NCBI GenBank assembly: GCA_036172245.1
Contig: JAYWIR010000066.1
Location: 248,001-312,000, forward strand
From: Raillietiella orientalis
Lineage: Eukaryota
Direction of reading: 5' to 3'
DNA: 64,000 nt
In this document: in pieces, positions 37,253 through 50,341 of the stretch
Numbering within the stretch: the stretch's first letter is position 1
Layout of the letters: each line of letters begins with the position of its first letter
Translations under genes and position numbers: made by a program
The notes under the pieces: generated by a model
The model's database searches: none
The model's input: the letters and a program-made list of their open reading frames with translations, nothing else
What the model was told of the DNA's origin: nothing

Positions 37253-38490
37253 ATGTTTAAAATGGCAAGTAGTGCCATTATGCTTGTCAAAGTTTTTTTG
37301 AGTTTGGTGTGCTTCCAATTTTTCGTCATGAATTCGTTACAGCAGCAACGGGCGCCTCCAGGTGTAAACCCTCAGGTTTATCAATCTCAACAGTATCAAC
37401 AAGTGCCTCAGTATCAGCAAGGACCTTATGAAGTACCTCAGAACCCTCAACCAGCTTCAGCAAATGCTCAAGCGAATTTCAGGGCTTCAGATGGTGGTGC
37501 ACATCACCTACCAAACCAGCAAACCCATGACCCACATCAGCCCCCAAGTATTTTGGATAAATCAAAAATAGCACAAGAAAAGCAGTAATATGTTATTTAA
37601 TTTTGATAGGCTCGTTACTAAGTTTGAATATACAGCTGCCTTCGTTTAGTATCAATGTTCAAAGGAAACATCAAATTAAGATTTGCAAATTTCATTGTTA
37701 TGAGTTCTTGGTTGTTTCAGAGTATTAGAATTATTAGCAATGCTGTGCCAATCTACAAAATGTGTGGCATGAAAAATTACTAAATATCTAATAAGGGATC
37801 ATTTTATTGCTAGACATATACAGCATCATGCAGAAATTCCTCTCAATACCAATGAGATGTCAGAAGAAGAATTACAGTTCCATTACTTTAAGATGTATGA
37901 CGCTGATAGGAATAATAAATTGGATGGAAGTGAGCTGGCCAAGTCTTTGATCCACTGGCATGGTAATTGGATGATTACTCAATTTTTTATTTCAATTTCT
38001 TGTGGATGCTGATTATTTGTTCTTTACTGTCCTGTAATTCATGTTCAGATGAGGGCAGCAATCGTCAGGGCACAGAAGCCAAGATATTTAATGATGATGA
38101 ATTAGCATTAATGATTGATCCTATTTTGGCTCAAGATGATAAAAACGGAGACAACTATATTGATTTTGGGGAGTTCCGGCTTGCACAGCATGCTGCTGCA
38201 TCATCATCCTAAAGCCACAAAACTAAATGATCGCTGTGTTGCTTTTTCACCCCCTTCTGATTCCTTATCTAACTGTTTTTTCCTGGTCTGCAACTGAATA
38301 TTGAGGAAAAACTGACTTTTGTTTTCTTATAGAAGAAGGAGAGCATACTGAACATAATTCACAGCGACCTATAGCTTCAGATGAAGACTTAATCAACATA
38401 GTGGACCCCACCTTGGAAAATGCAGATTCAAACAGTGATGGTTATATTGATTTTGTGGAATATAAGAGAGCAGCCTCTGAACCTGCATAA
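37253..38490 (+). CDS. MCFD2: Multiple coagulation factor deficiency protein 2 homolog (secreted EF-hand ER cargo-receptor partner), two alternative last exons
   Basis: Signal peptide plus Gln/Pro-rich exon 37253-37584; exon 37814-37962 [49 protein letters not shown]; last exon A 38049-38212 ([23 protein letters not shown]) or last exon B 38333-38490 ([23 protein letters not shown]). All GT-AG and phase-compatible. Confidence 0.93.
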
Positions 38491-41400
38491 GGTGCTTTTG
38501 ACAAAAAATGTTACGTATCTATTAATGGAATGCTATGTTCGAATGTTTTCTGCAACAGTGAATTACAGGTGAATCATTGAAAAGTGTTAACCAGTGCTCC
38601 TTTATGCCATGGATTCAGGTATCCGAATCGTTAGCCAAACTTTTCGTATTCCATAAGTCAATTTCGTGTAATCAAATATTCAAAGCGGTAGTTATATGGT
38701 ACAGTGCTAATATAATAAATATCTATAAGGGTGTTCTAATGTTTGCGTGTTTTTTGCTTTGGAATTTTATAATAAACAGGAGCATTTATTTTATTGTGCT
38801 CTTAAACCAAAAGATTCTTGGTGTGATGTATGCAAAGGTGTATGCACTGTAATTGCTCCTCACAGAGTAGAAAGCTCAGTTTGAGAGTTTAGAAATACAT
38901 TTGTGTGCCTTGAGTTAAAGAAATGGAAATAAAGATTTCGTCTCCTGTTCAACAACCCTGATGATTTCATACGAAAGTGGGATGCTTTCCTAATTTGAAG
39001 ATGCAGTCATTAAAGCTGCATCCACGTTGACTGCAGGAGCACACAGAATGAAATTAAGGTGACAAAAAGGAAGTAAAGTCAGTTGGATCACCAATTTGGG
39101 CAAAGCTTTCGTGGAACGGCCCTCTTGCGAAACGAAAGTACAAAGTGGATGTGTTACAGGGGTGCCAGAAGTGAATGCTGAGTCGGTGGAAATGCATCCG
39201 AGCCGAAAACTTTCAGCATTCCTATATTTAGCATTTCGTGATCATTTTGCAGCAGGGATGACGATCGCATCGCTACCAAATGGGAAGACTGGCAAAGGGA
39301 AAAAGGGAGCAATAACAATTAACGATTGCCGTTTTCCATGTGGCAATGGCGCGCGCCTTTGTTTTGCGGTCACCGTTTCACCGGAAGGGTTCCCATCCGT
39401 TTTCTTTTTGCTTGCACGATTTGTTTCATGGCGATTCCACGCTGCAAAATCCAACGCGTCTTATTTCAGTGGTTTCTCGAAGTGAAAAAAAATGTGCATA
39501 CTTTTTGCGCGATCCACGCAAGTAGCTTCCCTGCATTGCGACCCCCATTTTGCGCCATTGGCAAAAGTGTGCGGGGATTCGCACCATTTTTCGACCAGGG
39601 GATCTCAGATCCCAGAGGGTGTTCCTCCCGGTGAAAATCGGCCGCGACGCGTTGTATTGGTGCATGCTGTAATAAAGTAACCCAAGATTTTGACAACGGC
39701 CCCGCTTGCCAGAGTGCTTCAGTCTGATCTTTTAATTTGTCAGCAGCCCTATCCATTGTCAGCCGCGCAAGTGCTTGCAAGCATAGGTGTTACATTCAGC
39801 GGGCAGCTCTGCCAAAAAGGTTCTCTGCAAGAACCGCATTGCCAGCCTTTTTTGAAACTGGAAACTGACAGAAAGCTATCTGTAACCCTTGTCATTCATG
39901 AACCCCCCCGCCACTGAGTGTTTTTTTCATTGTGAAGCAGCTCCTCTTGTTCAGGGAAACTATCACTGAATGAATTTTCCCAAGGGATTTGCGCACCTCG
40001 CTCTCAAGAACATCCGGTGGTTTGGTGCCTTTTCTGCATCCAGTGACTTTGATTGGCATCCAGAATGAACACAGTTCCTCACCGTAATGCCGGATCCAAA
40101 CCTATTTACAAAGACATTAGCACCTCAAATCCCTTTTGTTCTGGAAAAAGGGAACGGCTGTGGAGTGTTCCGTAATTAATGGAAATGGTTGCCCAAAGCA
40201 TTCCGTGAAACAAAAGATTTACTTTCGAGAATCTGGATCGACAGTAGGGAGCCTAATTATTAAGGTATTCGACACTTGCTTTGATCTTCGGCTGAATCTT
40301 TGTTCCTCCCTGGTTTTGGATCCGATGAAAGTGGGGACAGCGAGCGTGCCTGCCAGGATTGCATCCCAAAGCATGCAATTTTTGTTTACATCGACTTGAA
40401 GTTTATTTATTTCATATCCTACTGCTGCTACGTATGTACTTTTTCCTGTTTTCCTTTCCAAAGCTACGCAGCCCGCCTTATTACCCTACTTTACCATGGA
40501 TTTTTTTCTTAAGGTTTGACCTTGCTGGAATGGGGTTGAGCCTTGATAGGGAAAAGTCCCATTCGACCGTCTTTCAGGTTTCCTGTTCCTCGACCGAAAT
40601 CCAACAGCACAGTTCTCTTTGCAAGCCATTCTCAACGTTCCCGTCGTTTTCGAAAGTTCTTTTAGAGGAGAGAGAGCTCTTGTTGTTGTTTTCCTCTTGG
40701 GAGTTTCGGCGCGGCTCATTCCTCCGATTCCGACTTTCCTCTTTGGCGATTTCTGCTTTTGCAACTTGGGGAGTTCTCCTTGGGTGTGTCAATCCCGCGG
40801 GGGACCTCCGGCGAGCACGGAAACGCTGCTGCTGTGCCTGCGGCTGCGACAGACGGCGATGCCCGTTGCCGTGGAGACGCGGAAGGCGTCCGAGGTTTCC
40901 TGGTGGACGGTCGGGATGACTGGATGGGATTGGGAGATTCGGCCGCACTTTCCTTTTAGCAAGCGACCAACCCAACTTTCGTTTTCATCGGAGACCCGCC
41001 AGTGGAGTTCCTGACCTCCCTTGTAGAGACCACAGAGTAAAAGCATCTCGTGTTGCGGAACGGGAGAAGGATTAGAGAAGAATGGATCGCTGACATCCTT
41101 TAAGAACTTCAAGGACCTCTAAAGGATGCGCCAACTCCCAAGCAGCTGGGGCTAAGGCCGTGGACCTACGAAAACGCGGTGCGTGCAGCTTTCGAATTCA
41201 GACGTCTCGTACACACCTCTTTTTCCCATGCTTGGGATCCCACAGAACCGAACCATCTTTTCGGTGTGCGCAGATTTATGGACGTCCACGGCACACACGC
41301 AGAGCGTCACGTCTTTCGCCGAGATCTTTGCCGTGATCACTGGCAGCAAAAATGCCATTCAGCTGTCTGTGAAGGAAAAAAAAATCCTTTTGAATTTCTT

Positions 41401-44400
41401 TTCAAATCTGCATAGCACGCGGCTTTGATTCCGCAAGGGATTCGCATCTCGAATTTTGTTGCGTTAAAGAATCAGCCGAATGTTTGCTTTCTGATGGGGA
41501 GAAAGGGATCACGTAAGGTGCGTTGAGGAATTTTACCTCCTCTTTTTTTTTTTTTTTTGATTTTTCGAATGGAAGTCGATTTTTTCTTTCTTTCTTTTCT
41601 TTCGTTTGATATGGGAAGAGCAGCAAAGTTCAGGCTGCGAAAGAAGCGTCGTGCCGCGCGGAAAATCAACGAACGCTCTTCGGGCGAAATTTCTTGGGCG
41701 AAATTTCCAGCCTCGTCCCGAATTCCTTTCCTCAAAGTTCTTCTCTGCGACTTCCGCCGACGGATGACCCACAGACTTCAGAGAGCATCCGAAGGTTTCT
41801 AATCGAAGTCTCGGGGATAATTTCCTTTTTCTTTTTTTTTTTTTCCTTGTTTGTTTGTTTGGTTCTTCAGCGTTTGATCGGTTACCGGCAAGGCGAAATC
41901 CGGAGGGATCGACCGATGCGAGCGGGAGGGAGGCTTTCGTGGATGACGCATGTTTGAACGTGAACTGCCCGTTCGTGATTGACCGAGCAGAAAAAGATCT
42001 TCCGAAGGAACAGAAAAGAAAAAAAAAAAAAAAAAAAAATCACACTCACTTCGACTCGACGACGCGCGGAATGACCAGGGTCCGCATCCGCGAGAATTGC
42101 GAAACGCGCCAAACCGAGCGGGGTCACCACTTCGACGACGAGGGGCCGTTTTCGTCACTCCCTCCACTCACATCTCTCCGTCTTTTTGCGCCGTCCATTG
42201 CGACCACAGAAGATGCGGAGGTACTTTATCGCCGCGGCAGATGATATGGGAATGTCGAAAAACGAACGGACGCTGCTGATTCCAGGTTTTTTTAGACAAG
42301 ACATTTCGATCTGACAGTGATTAGCGAAGCCTATTGTCCGGACAAATGTACGGGTGAAAACAAGACAAAGGGCCCATTCCAGATCCTCCTATTGTTTTGA
42401 TGATCGACACAGACACTTCTTTCCCCGTGGTCCGTGTCTCCACGCGCACACAATTCCTAGACCGACGACGAAAGGGCCAAATGGGAGGAGATCAATCCTG
42501 CGCGTTCTCGGTTTGATAGGGTGGTAGCAGGTTGCAGCACACGTGGCTGTCTTCATCTTCGACGTTTTAGCGTATTTTCCAGTTTGGTACGGAGGAAAAA
42601 AAAAAAAAAAATGCTTTTTTCTTCTTTCTTTCTTTCCTTCGAATCACACAGAATCAGCAACGGGAAGAGGAAATTCCCGTTGCTGTGAGACTCGACGTTC
42701 TTATGCTGATGAGGCGGAACGCCACGGATTATCGGAAGCGTCCGCGTAGAGCAACGAGGGATGCTGCGATGAGTTGATGCTGACGAGAGCTGGCAACGCA
42801 CGGAACCACGCGAACCGAGCAGGGACTGCCCCCCTTCCCCCGGGTCGCCCTGTTCGTGACGATTCGTGCACTTCCCTTGCTCTCTTCGCCGGTTGTGATC
42901 GCCGAGCTCCAGAACACGAAGGGGAAAGCCAAGGATGGCCAGAAGTGGTTGGAAGCCTTGAGATGAGCCTGCGAGAAAGCCGCAAGAGGAACCGCCGAGA
43001 GCCGGTGGTGGCGACCTGTTTCCCGGTCAGGTAACGCGCTGGATGCGTCCGCAAGAGGGTGGCGGATGAATTCCGAGGTTCCCGCGAGCCAAGCTCTAGA
43101 ATTTCTGGTAGATCAGAAGAAGCGCGGTGCCAACAGCACCGCGCTTGCGAATCCGTGTTTTGCAACACTGAGGTAGAATCGCGTGCTCAGCCCACTCGTG
43201 CCATGGGTACCACACGACTGAAGAAGAACCTCGACGGCCGACCATGGTGCCGCTGGAGCGACGCAAGTCGGCGGTCTGACCTTTTAGCCGACGACTTTTC
43301 CAGTCCAGTTTCTCTTTTTTCCTTGGGAAGCGAGGAGAAAGAGGAAGGGAAGAGGAGGAGTAGGCGGAGGACGTATGTGTAAAGTGCTCCAGAGAGAAGG
43401 TTTCGCGGGAACCGGTGGTACCACCGGCCTCCTCGCCCTGATCTCGGCCTTTCACGGCGTATTCCCGGCGCAGGAGGGGCGAGCCACGTGCAAGAAGAGA
43501 TTTCCCGGCTCGCGCGAGCTAGAGCAGATCCGGGAGTCGTGACGTCGGCGCTTCCAGAAGGCGGAAGAAGCGAGAAAATGAGGAATCGGTCCTACGAGGC
43601 GGCTGCCACGGGGTGTGCTGCTCTTTCGCCTGTCTTTCGCGACATTTCTTCGTTCCCTCCGGGATCATTGCGGGATTTCCCATTCCGCGGAAGAAAGGCC
43701 AGCGCACGTCGCGAATACGTGCAGCATGGCGTTCCAGTAGCCGCATGGCTACTGGAACGCATGGCAAAGCTGAGCGGGAGGAGGCCAAACCAACGGAGCT
43801 CCCATCCGGATGCCCATGGAAACCATTCTTCATCTGCGGAGCGCGCGATGTGTCGGCAGCGTGTTCGACCCCCCCCCTCCCTCCTCCGAGTTTCGATCCT
43901 TGCGAGAGAGGTGCGCACCCGAGATGTCTCGGACAGGGGTTTCTCGGCTCCCCTTCGCGGTGTCAAGCTCCCTTTATCGGCTCCTGGAATTCTCCCAGTT
44001 TCTGCCCCCATTCTGCCCCGAAGTGTCGCCATTGTGCGACCACCGCCTTTGTCGACCGCGATGCTCCCCGTGCATTCCTCCTCTTCGCACCGCCTCTTTT
44101 GTCTCTCTCCGTCCCGTCCTTGTTGAGGGTCCCGGTGGGATCTCCCCCCGCCACCTCTGTTTCTCGTCAGCGCGCGTTCCCCCGCGGCCCTGCGCCGGCA
44201 ACGTGATCCCTCGGCCTCACTCCCCGGAGCGGCGGAGTCCGCTCGTGAGGAACTCGGGTTCTCCTCCGTAGCGCTCGCTTCTCCGGTTCCCCCCGGGAGG
44301 CGTGCATCTATCCCCTCTTTCAAGCCCACCGAGCATCCTCCTCGAAACGCTCCGGGACGCTCGCGCCTTCCTCCCGAGTCCTCTCTTCCGGGAGGCGGGC

Positions 44401-47400
44401 GCGAAAGAAGGGAGAGGAGAAGAAGACGCCGTGGACTGGGGACGGCTCCGGGGCGCGCTCGCGAGGCACCTGACGCGCTCTTCGCTAAAGCACCTGTCCG
44501 CGCCTCCCGCCTCCCCTCCCAAAGTTTCCTCAGCAGGAAGCCGCCACCTGCTCGAAGGAGCCTGCGTGGAAGTGTGACCTCGGTCAGAAGACCTAGTCAG
44601 GGTGGCAAGAACAGAGCGTGTCCACATTTTGCGAGGACAGCGTGGAAAAGTTTGCCTTACGATGACGCCAGACGGTGCCTCAGGGGATTTTCAGGAGCGG
44701 GGGGACGGGTCGCGCGCTTGGGGTGTGTCAGCTGCCTCTCGGGGAAAAGCAGGGTCTCCTTGAAGCACGTGGAGAAGGAGGAGGTGGACGAAGTGACAGG
44801 GGAAAGGAACGGGAGGAGGAAGAGGGCGTGGTGAGGAGGAGGAAGAGAATGGGGGGCAGCCCGCGTGAACGCTTGTCTAAGAGCGCAGATGTCTGCCGGC
44901 CCGGGTTCGAGGACCCCGGCCTGGAGTTCCCCGCGTTCACTGGATCGGCAACCCTGCAGCAAGGATTCGACAGAATTCGCTCCGCACTTGCCTTCCCTGC
45001 TCGGAACAGAGGTGGTCTCCCCGCTTCACGCGGAGGAAGAGCCCACACGGCTGAAGAAAGGACCGCTGGACCGACCGTGCAGCGTCCCTTTCTTCGGCGG
45101 CAGCAGGCTGTGGCGATCGTGAGAAGAAGCAAACTCCATCCTTGCTCGGATCGCCGTTTTGTCTCTTTTTGTCTTCGTTGTTGCTTTTTGAGGGGAAGGG
45201 GGAAAAGTCACCATGGGAAACGAATCTGTATACCTTTGGGGCTTCCCGAGCGACGGCAGCATTCTGCTGGAGGACGCCTCGAAAACGGGGGAAGAAGTCA
45301 GATGCGTAGGGGACGCTTGGGTTCAGTGCTCCCATTCCGTCCCTACCGCTGGTGGTTCAGTTATCCCTGGTATGTGTCGGCCCCGCTACTCGTCGGCGAA
45401 AGATCCCAGGGAACGTGCGGAACGCGCCTCTTCGTGGGCAGCGCAATGCCGCCGCCCTGCCGCAACTCCCTGCGGCGATCTCCGCGCCAACCTCTGCGGT
45501 TCAGAGCTCGGCCAGAACGCTGTCGCCGCGACGACCTCCTTCTTAAGGAGAGCAGCGAGGCAGCTCCAGCCGGTGGAGCGGAGTGGTGGAACTCGCCAGG
45601 GGCCTGCGCGGGTCTCCGGCATTCCCTCATGGAATGCTGGAAACCGTCTCTTTGACTCTTCCATTCCTCCTTTCCCTCCCTGAGGGCGCTCCTCGAGGAC
45701 GGTCAGCCGGCCTCTCGCCAGCTCGTCCGGTATCCTTAGCGCTCGCTCCCGGCTGCACCCTTCAACTGGCGCCTGGCGCGTCATCCACGGCGACCTGGGC
45801 CGGGCTGTCCCCCGTCGGGGGGTCGCGGACAGCGCCTGCGAGTGGACCCGGCTGAACCCACTGAGGACCCTTCGCGCGAAGATGCGGCAAGCGGGAACTC
45901 GGGACGAATCTCGGTGCACTCCGTTGCGCCCGAATCCAGGGGCTGCACGGAGGGAGAGGAAGGCAGGGGAAGAAGAAAGGGGTCCTTCTCCTCCTTCCCT
46001 CTTCCCCCTCCCTTCCTCCTCTTCTTCCTTTCCTCTCTTCCTCCTCTTCTTGGGATGCTTCCAGTTTCAGCTGGAGGAGCAGAGCCAGGTGACGCGCGCA
46101 CCCCGACATCTCCTCATTTCCGATCAAAAGGAGTCCCTCCCGCTGCTCCCGGGAGGGGAGGCGAGGTGGAGGCGACAGGCGGCGCCATCCTGTAGGGAAG
46201 GAGCGCCCTTCGTTCGGTGCGGGCGCAGTCCGAAGGGGCGCGCGTTCTCCTGCACCGAGCGCAAGCGACCGACTGTTGCCTGGGCCGCCAGCGATCGCTG
46301 GCTCCGAGCGCTAAGGACTCCTTCCGTCGCTGGGCGCTCCACGGGCGTCATCGGTGACGCTCGGATCCTCCTTAACGAGCGCTGTCCGACGGCGCCGGGC
46401 GTTGGCGAGCGGGCAGGACGCGTGTACTCCGTTCCAGCTGACGCGGGCGACGGCGATCTCACGGTGGATCCGGTGGGGAGGCTGCGCGCGTAGCGGGCGG
46501 GACGCCGCGAAGGGAGCCGAGTCTTCGAAGAGACGCGCCTTCCCGTTCCTCCCGCCTGGATGCGGCGGCGGCGACCTGGACGTACCCCCCCCCCCCCTCC
46601 CTCCTCCTTCCTCCCTTTCTTCCCTCTTCCCCGTGCGGATCCAAGATGGCGGAAGCCTTTCCTCCACGCCTCCCCGGGCACTCTGTTCCCCGGGCTGACG
46701 GGTCCCTTCCCCGCGCTTCGCACGATCCTCCTTTCGGATCCCGGGAGGAGGAGGAGGAGGAGGGGAGGGAGGGGGAGAAACGCCGGGAAGTTTTCCAGCC
46801 CGGGAGTTGCTGGGAAACCCCCTCCCTCCTCTCCGTGATGAACTCAAATCTCGACGAAGAGCCTGCAGTCGGGAGATGGAAATTACAGATGAAGGCGGAC
46901 TGGAAGCAAATCGGAAATTGATCGCGGGAGCGTAACCTCATTTGCCGGCTGGACCGAAAGATGCTGATGTTCCCGGATCACCGAGGATTCCCCATCAGAG
47001 GGACGAAATGAGCCGGAATGACGTGCCGTCCCTTGATTGAATTGGCGCCCGTTCGGTTTTTCGCCTCGATCGGGCGCGAGCCTTCTTCCGCCATCGCCTG
47101 CCGCGGCAGCCTCTCGGCGCGCGCGCGGGGGGGCGCGGCGGCGGCGCCACCCTCCCCGGGTCCCGCCATTTCCCGCCCCCTCTCCCCTCCTCGCCCGAGG
47201 GCGTCCGGCGAGAGACACCGCGGCAGCGGGAGCGAGGGGAGGAAAAGAAAGAGAGGGAGCGGGAGGGAGGAGCGGCATCGATCAAACCGGCGGAATCTGC
47301 GCGCGCGCGGCGGAGCGGCGTGAAACGAGGAAGGGGAGGGGAGGGGGGGGGGAGGGAGGGAGGGGTGCCGTCTCCACGGCGGCGGCTCCTCGGACGCCCG

Positions 47401-49759
47401 CCGAAGAACCCGGCGGAGGAGGCGCTCTGCCTCGTCTTGGCACCTCCTCCTGCAGCTCCCTGGCGCGCTGAGCGCTTCCGCGCGAGTCGGCATGGCAACA
47501 GGCGTCGATCGGAGCGCACCCCATCTCTCTCCCTTTCTCTCTCTCTCTCTCTCTCGCAACAATCGGAGTCCGGCAGAGCGGGGAAATTCGCCCGGTCGCG
47601 CCGGGGCGTTTGTTGAACTCAGTCGAACTCGCGAACGAAAGCAGTGGCACCCCTGCAGGCCCTATCGCGTCCCATGTACATGTCCCGAGACTCTGACCGG
47701 CACAAGTCCACCTCGGTAACGGAGGAGGGCATAAAGAAAATGAAAATAAATAAAACATTACATAAGCACCTTGTGAGGGTCCTACAGGGACGCCGGCCGC
47801 TTTCCACGGCACTCCGGGGCACTTCCCCGGAGGCAGCAAGCCGTTGCCGAGGGCGTGAGGCTGGCGGCAGTGCATCCCTCGCTCGACGTGGGCGCTTCGA
47901 GACGTCCGCCAGAGGTATGAGGGGCCAGAGGGCAGCACAGTCCTCGGGCAGGCGCGGGATGGGTTCTCCGTCTCCGCGCGCGCCCGCTTTCGGGTGTCCG
48001 CCCCCCGGTCCGGCGACGCTCCGGCGGGCGTTTCCGCTCGCCGCGCATCTCCTTCGTGGGTGCCGACCGAAACCGCGCCGGCCCGCCGCTCTCTCCCCGA
48101 AAGGGCCGGCTGCTTCCGAAGCGCGGGGCTTTCTCGACCGCGCCTCGCGGCCGGACGGTCTCGAGTCCGGCAGAAGGGCTGCGGGCCGAGGCCGGAGCCC
48201 TTCCGCCCGTGCGCTCGCGGGAAGGCTCCACGCGAAAGGCTGCCGGGGGATTTCGGGCCGAGGAGGGGCCGTGGCCCCTCCACGCCGACTCCGCTTGCCT
48301 CTTTCGGAGGAAGGCGCGGAGGTAAGTTGGCCAACGGCCGCGAAGCGCCGTTCCCGTCCTCTTCTCACCGCCGCGACACGGGATGGCAGCACGCACGCAG
48401 GAGGCACGGGAGGCAAATGCAGTTCCAGAGCGTCCCTTACGACGAGCGCACCTCCGGCACTCTTCCCTGGAAGGGTGACCTTCAGCTTTGCTGAGTGTTT
48501 GGGGCTGCTGAAAGAGTTTTCCAGATAGCTTCGTTCGCTCTCAGTCAAACCATGCGTGTTGAAAAAAAGAAAGAGAGCCATTCGAGGCACGTCGTTATCC
48601 TTCTGAAAAGTATCCTGAAACGACACCAGGTGTTCCCCTCCCCCCCCCCCCTCTCTCCAATTTGTCTTTCGGGAGGCAGCGATTTCCTTTGAGTTTCTTC
48701 GCTGAAACCGAATCAGGCGCCAATTTCCGACCACGCAATAACCGAATTAATGATGCTTCCGTCTCGTGCGCGGGAGATTGTATGTGTTGGTTCGTGTATT
48801 GAGTTAAGCGATCCCGCAAACATTTCGCCCTAAAACACTTATACCGGTTGCTCCTCGATGCCCGAGGGGGCGACACGGCAGTGCTGCCAGCTCTCCGCTG
48901 CGTAACGCGCGCGCACGTGGTGCGCGCTCACTTGTTCGGCACGTGCTGAGATGAAATTTCTTGAAGACTGATGCTGCACAGGATTTCCTTTTCATTTCTC
49001 ATTCTGGACGCGCTTTCTGTCCTTCCGTTTCTGTTTTATCTCTCTCTCCTCTCCCAGCTGACATATATGTGTGTGTGTGTGTGTGTGTTTTCCCCGCGCA
49101 TTTTAACCGCACGGCCCAATGATAACAGGGCGGCTCGGAAACGAAGTTCATTAACTTAAAAACCAATTTCTAGCAGGCACTCTCAGATGCTTACTACCTC
49201 GTTGCGGGGCACAAACACAGTGCCAAGTGTGTCTTCCCATCATTAGTTACGATGATTCTTTCTGTCCTTTGTTTGGTTCGGCACGCTGGAGAGAGATACC
49301 TTGCATTTTCTATAGGGCCAGCGTTGGGATGGTCGCGCACGGCGACGGATAGAGACGACGGCGCACAGACGCAGAATCCGGAGCAGCCATGGAAAGCTCC
49401 GGTCCGAGCCCGCGTAGCCTCCGTTCTTCTTCTCGAAAGTGTTTGTCTTTGAAGGAAGGAAGGAAGGAAGAAGAAGAAGAAGAAGAAGAAAAAAAAAGTC
49501 CAGCGAAACAACCGACGCAAATGTGAGGAAAAAAAAAGTCGACAGGAAGGATGCACGGCATGTCCAATGCACACGTAAATATCCTCAAACAAATGGCACC
49601 CTTCTAAGAACTTCACGAAATCCGAAAATGCCACACAGATATACTTACATCTGCCTGCGAGATGCCTTCCGACATTGCATCTCATGGGAAACATTCCGAT
49701 GTTTCCCACGTGCTCGATCTAACCATCATCGATAGAAGTGGGTGCTGTTCCAATAGAAA

Positions 49760-50341
49760 GCAGAATGGCATCGCCGTTCTCCTAGATGGCAGAAAGGCGT
49801 CACCGCTCTAAGAGTGGCAGAATAGCACCACCATTCTAAGAGTGGCAGAGTGGCATCACCATTCTAAGAGTGGCAGAATGGCATCTCCGTTCTCCTAGAT
49901 GCTAGAATGACGTCACCGCTCTAAGAGTGGCAGAATAGCACCACCATTCTAAGAGTGGCAGAATGGCATCGCCGTTCTCCTAGATGCTAGAATGACGTCA
50001 CCGCTCTAAGAGTGGCAGAATAGCACCACCATTCTAAGAGTGGCAGAATGGCATCGCCGTTCTCCTAGATGCTAGAATGACGTCACCGCTCTAAGAGTGG
50101 CAGAATAGCACCACCATTCTAAGAGTGGCAGAATGGCATCGCCGTTCTCCTAGATGCTAGAATGACGTCACCGCTCTAAGAGTGGCAGAATAGCACCACC
50201 ATTCTAAGAGTGGCAGAATAGCACCACCATTCTAAGAGTGGCAGAGTGGCACCACCATTCTAAGAGTGGCAGAATGGCATCGCCGTTCTCCTAGATGCTA
50301 GAATGACGTCACCGCTTTAAGAGTGGCAGAGTGGCATCAGC
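49760..50341. repeat. Higher-order minisatellite, 20 monomers of 28-29 bp forming an 85-bp trimer
   Basis: Monomers A gcagaatagcaccaccattctaagagtg, B gcagaatggcatcgccgttctcctagatg, C ctagaatgacgtcaccgctctaagagtg, in the order BCAA BCA BCA BCA BCAAA BC plus a partial unit. Confidence 0.95.

Noticed and set aside
47282..48734. Long overlapping ORFs of 294-371 aa on both strands
   Set aside because: Arg/Ala/Gly/Pro-rich, open in several frames at once because of very high GC, with no recognisable domain.
49760..50341. CRISPR array (28-29 bp palindromic repeats)
   Set aside because: Monomers are head-to-tail with no unique spacers, there are no cas genes, and the context is eukaryotic.
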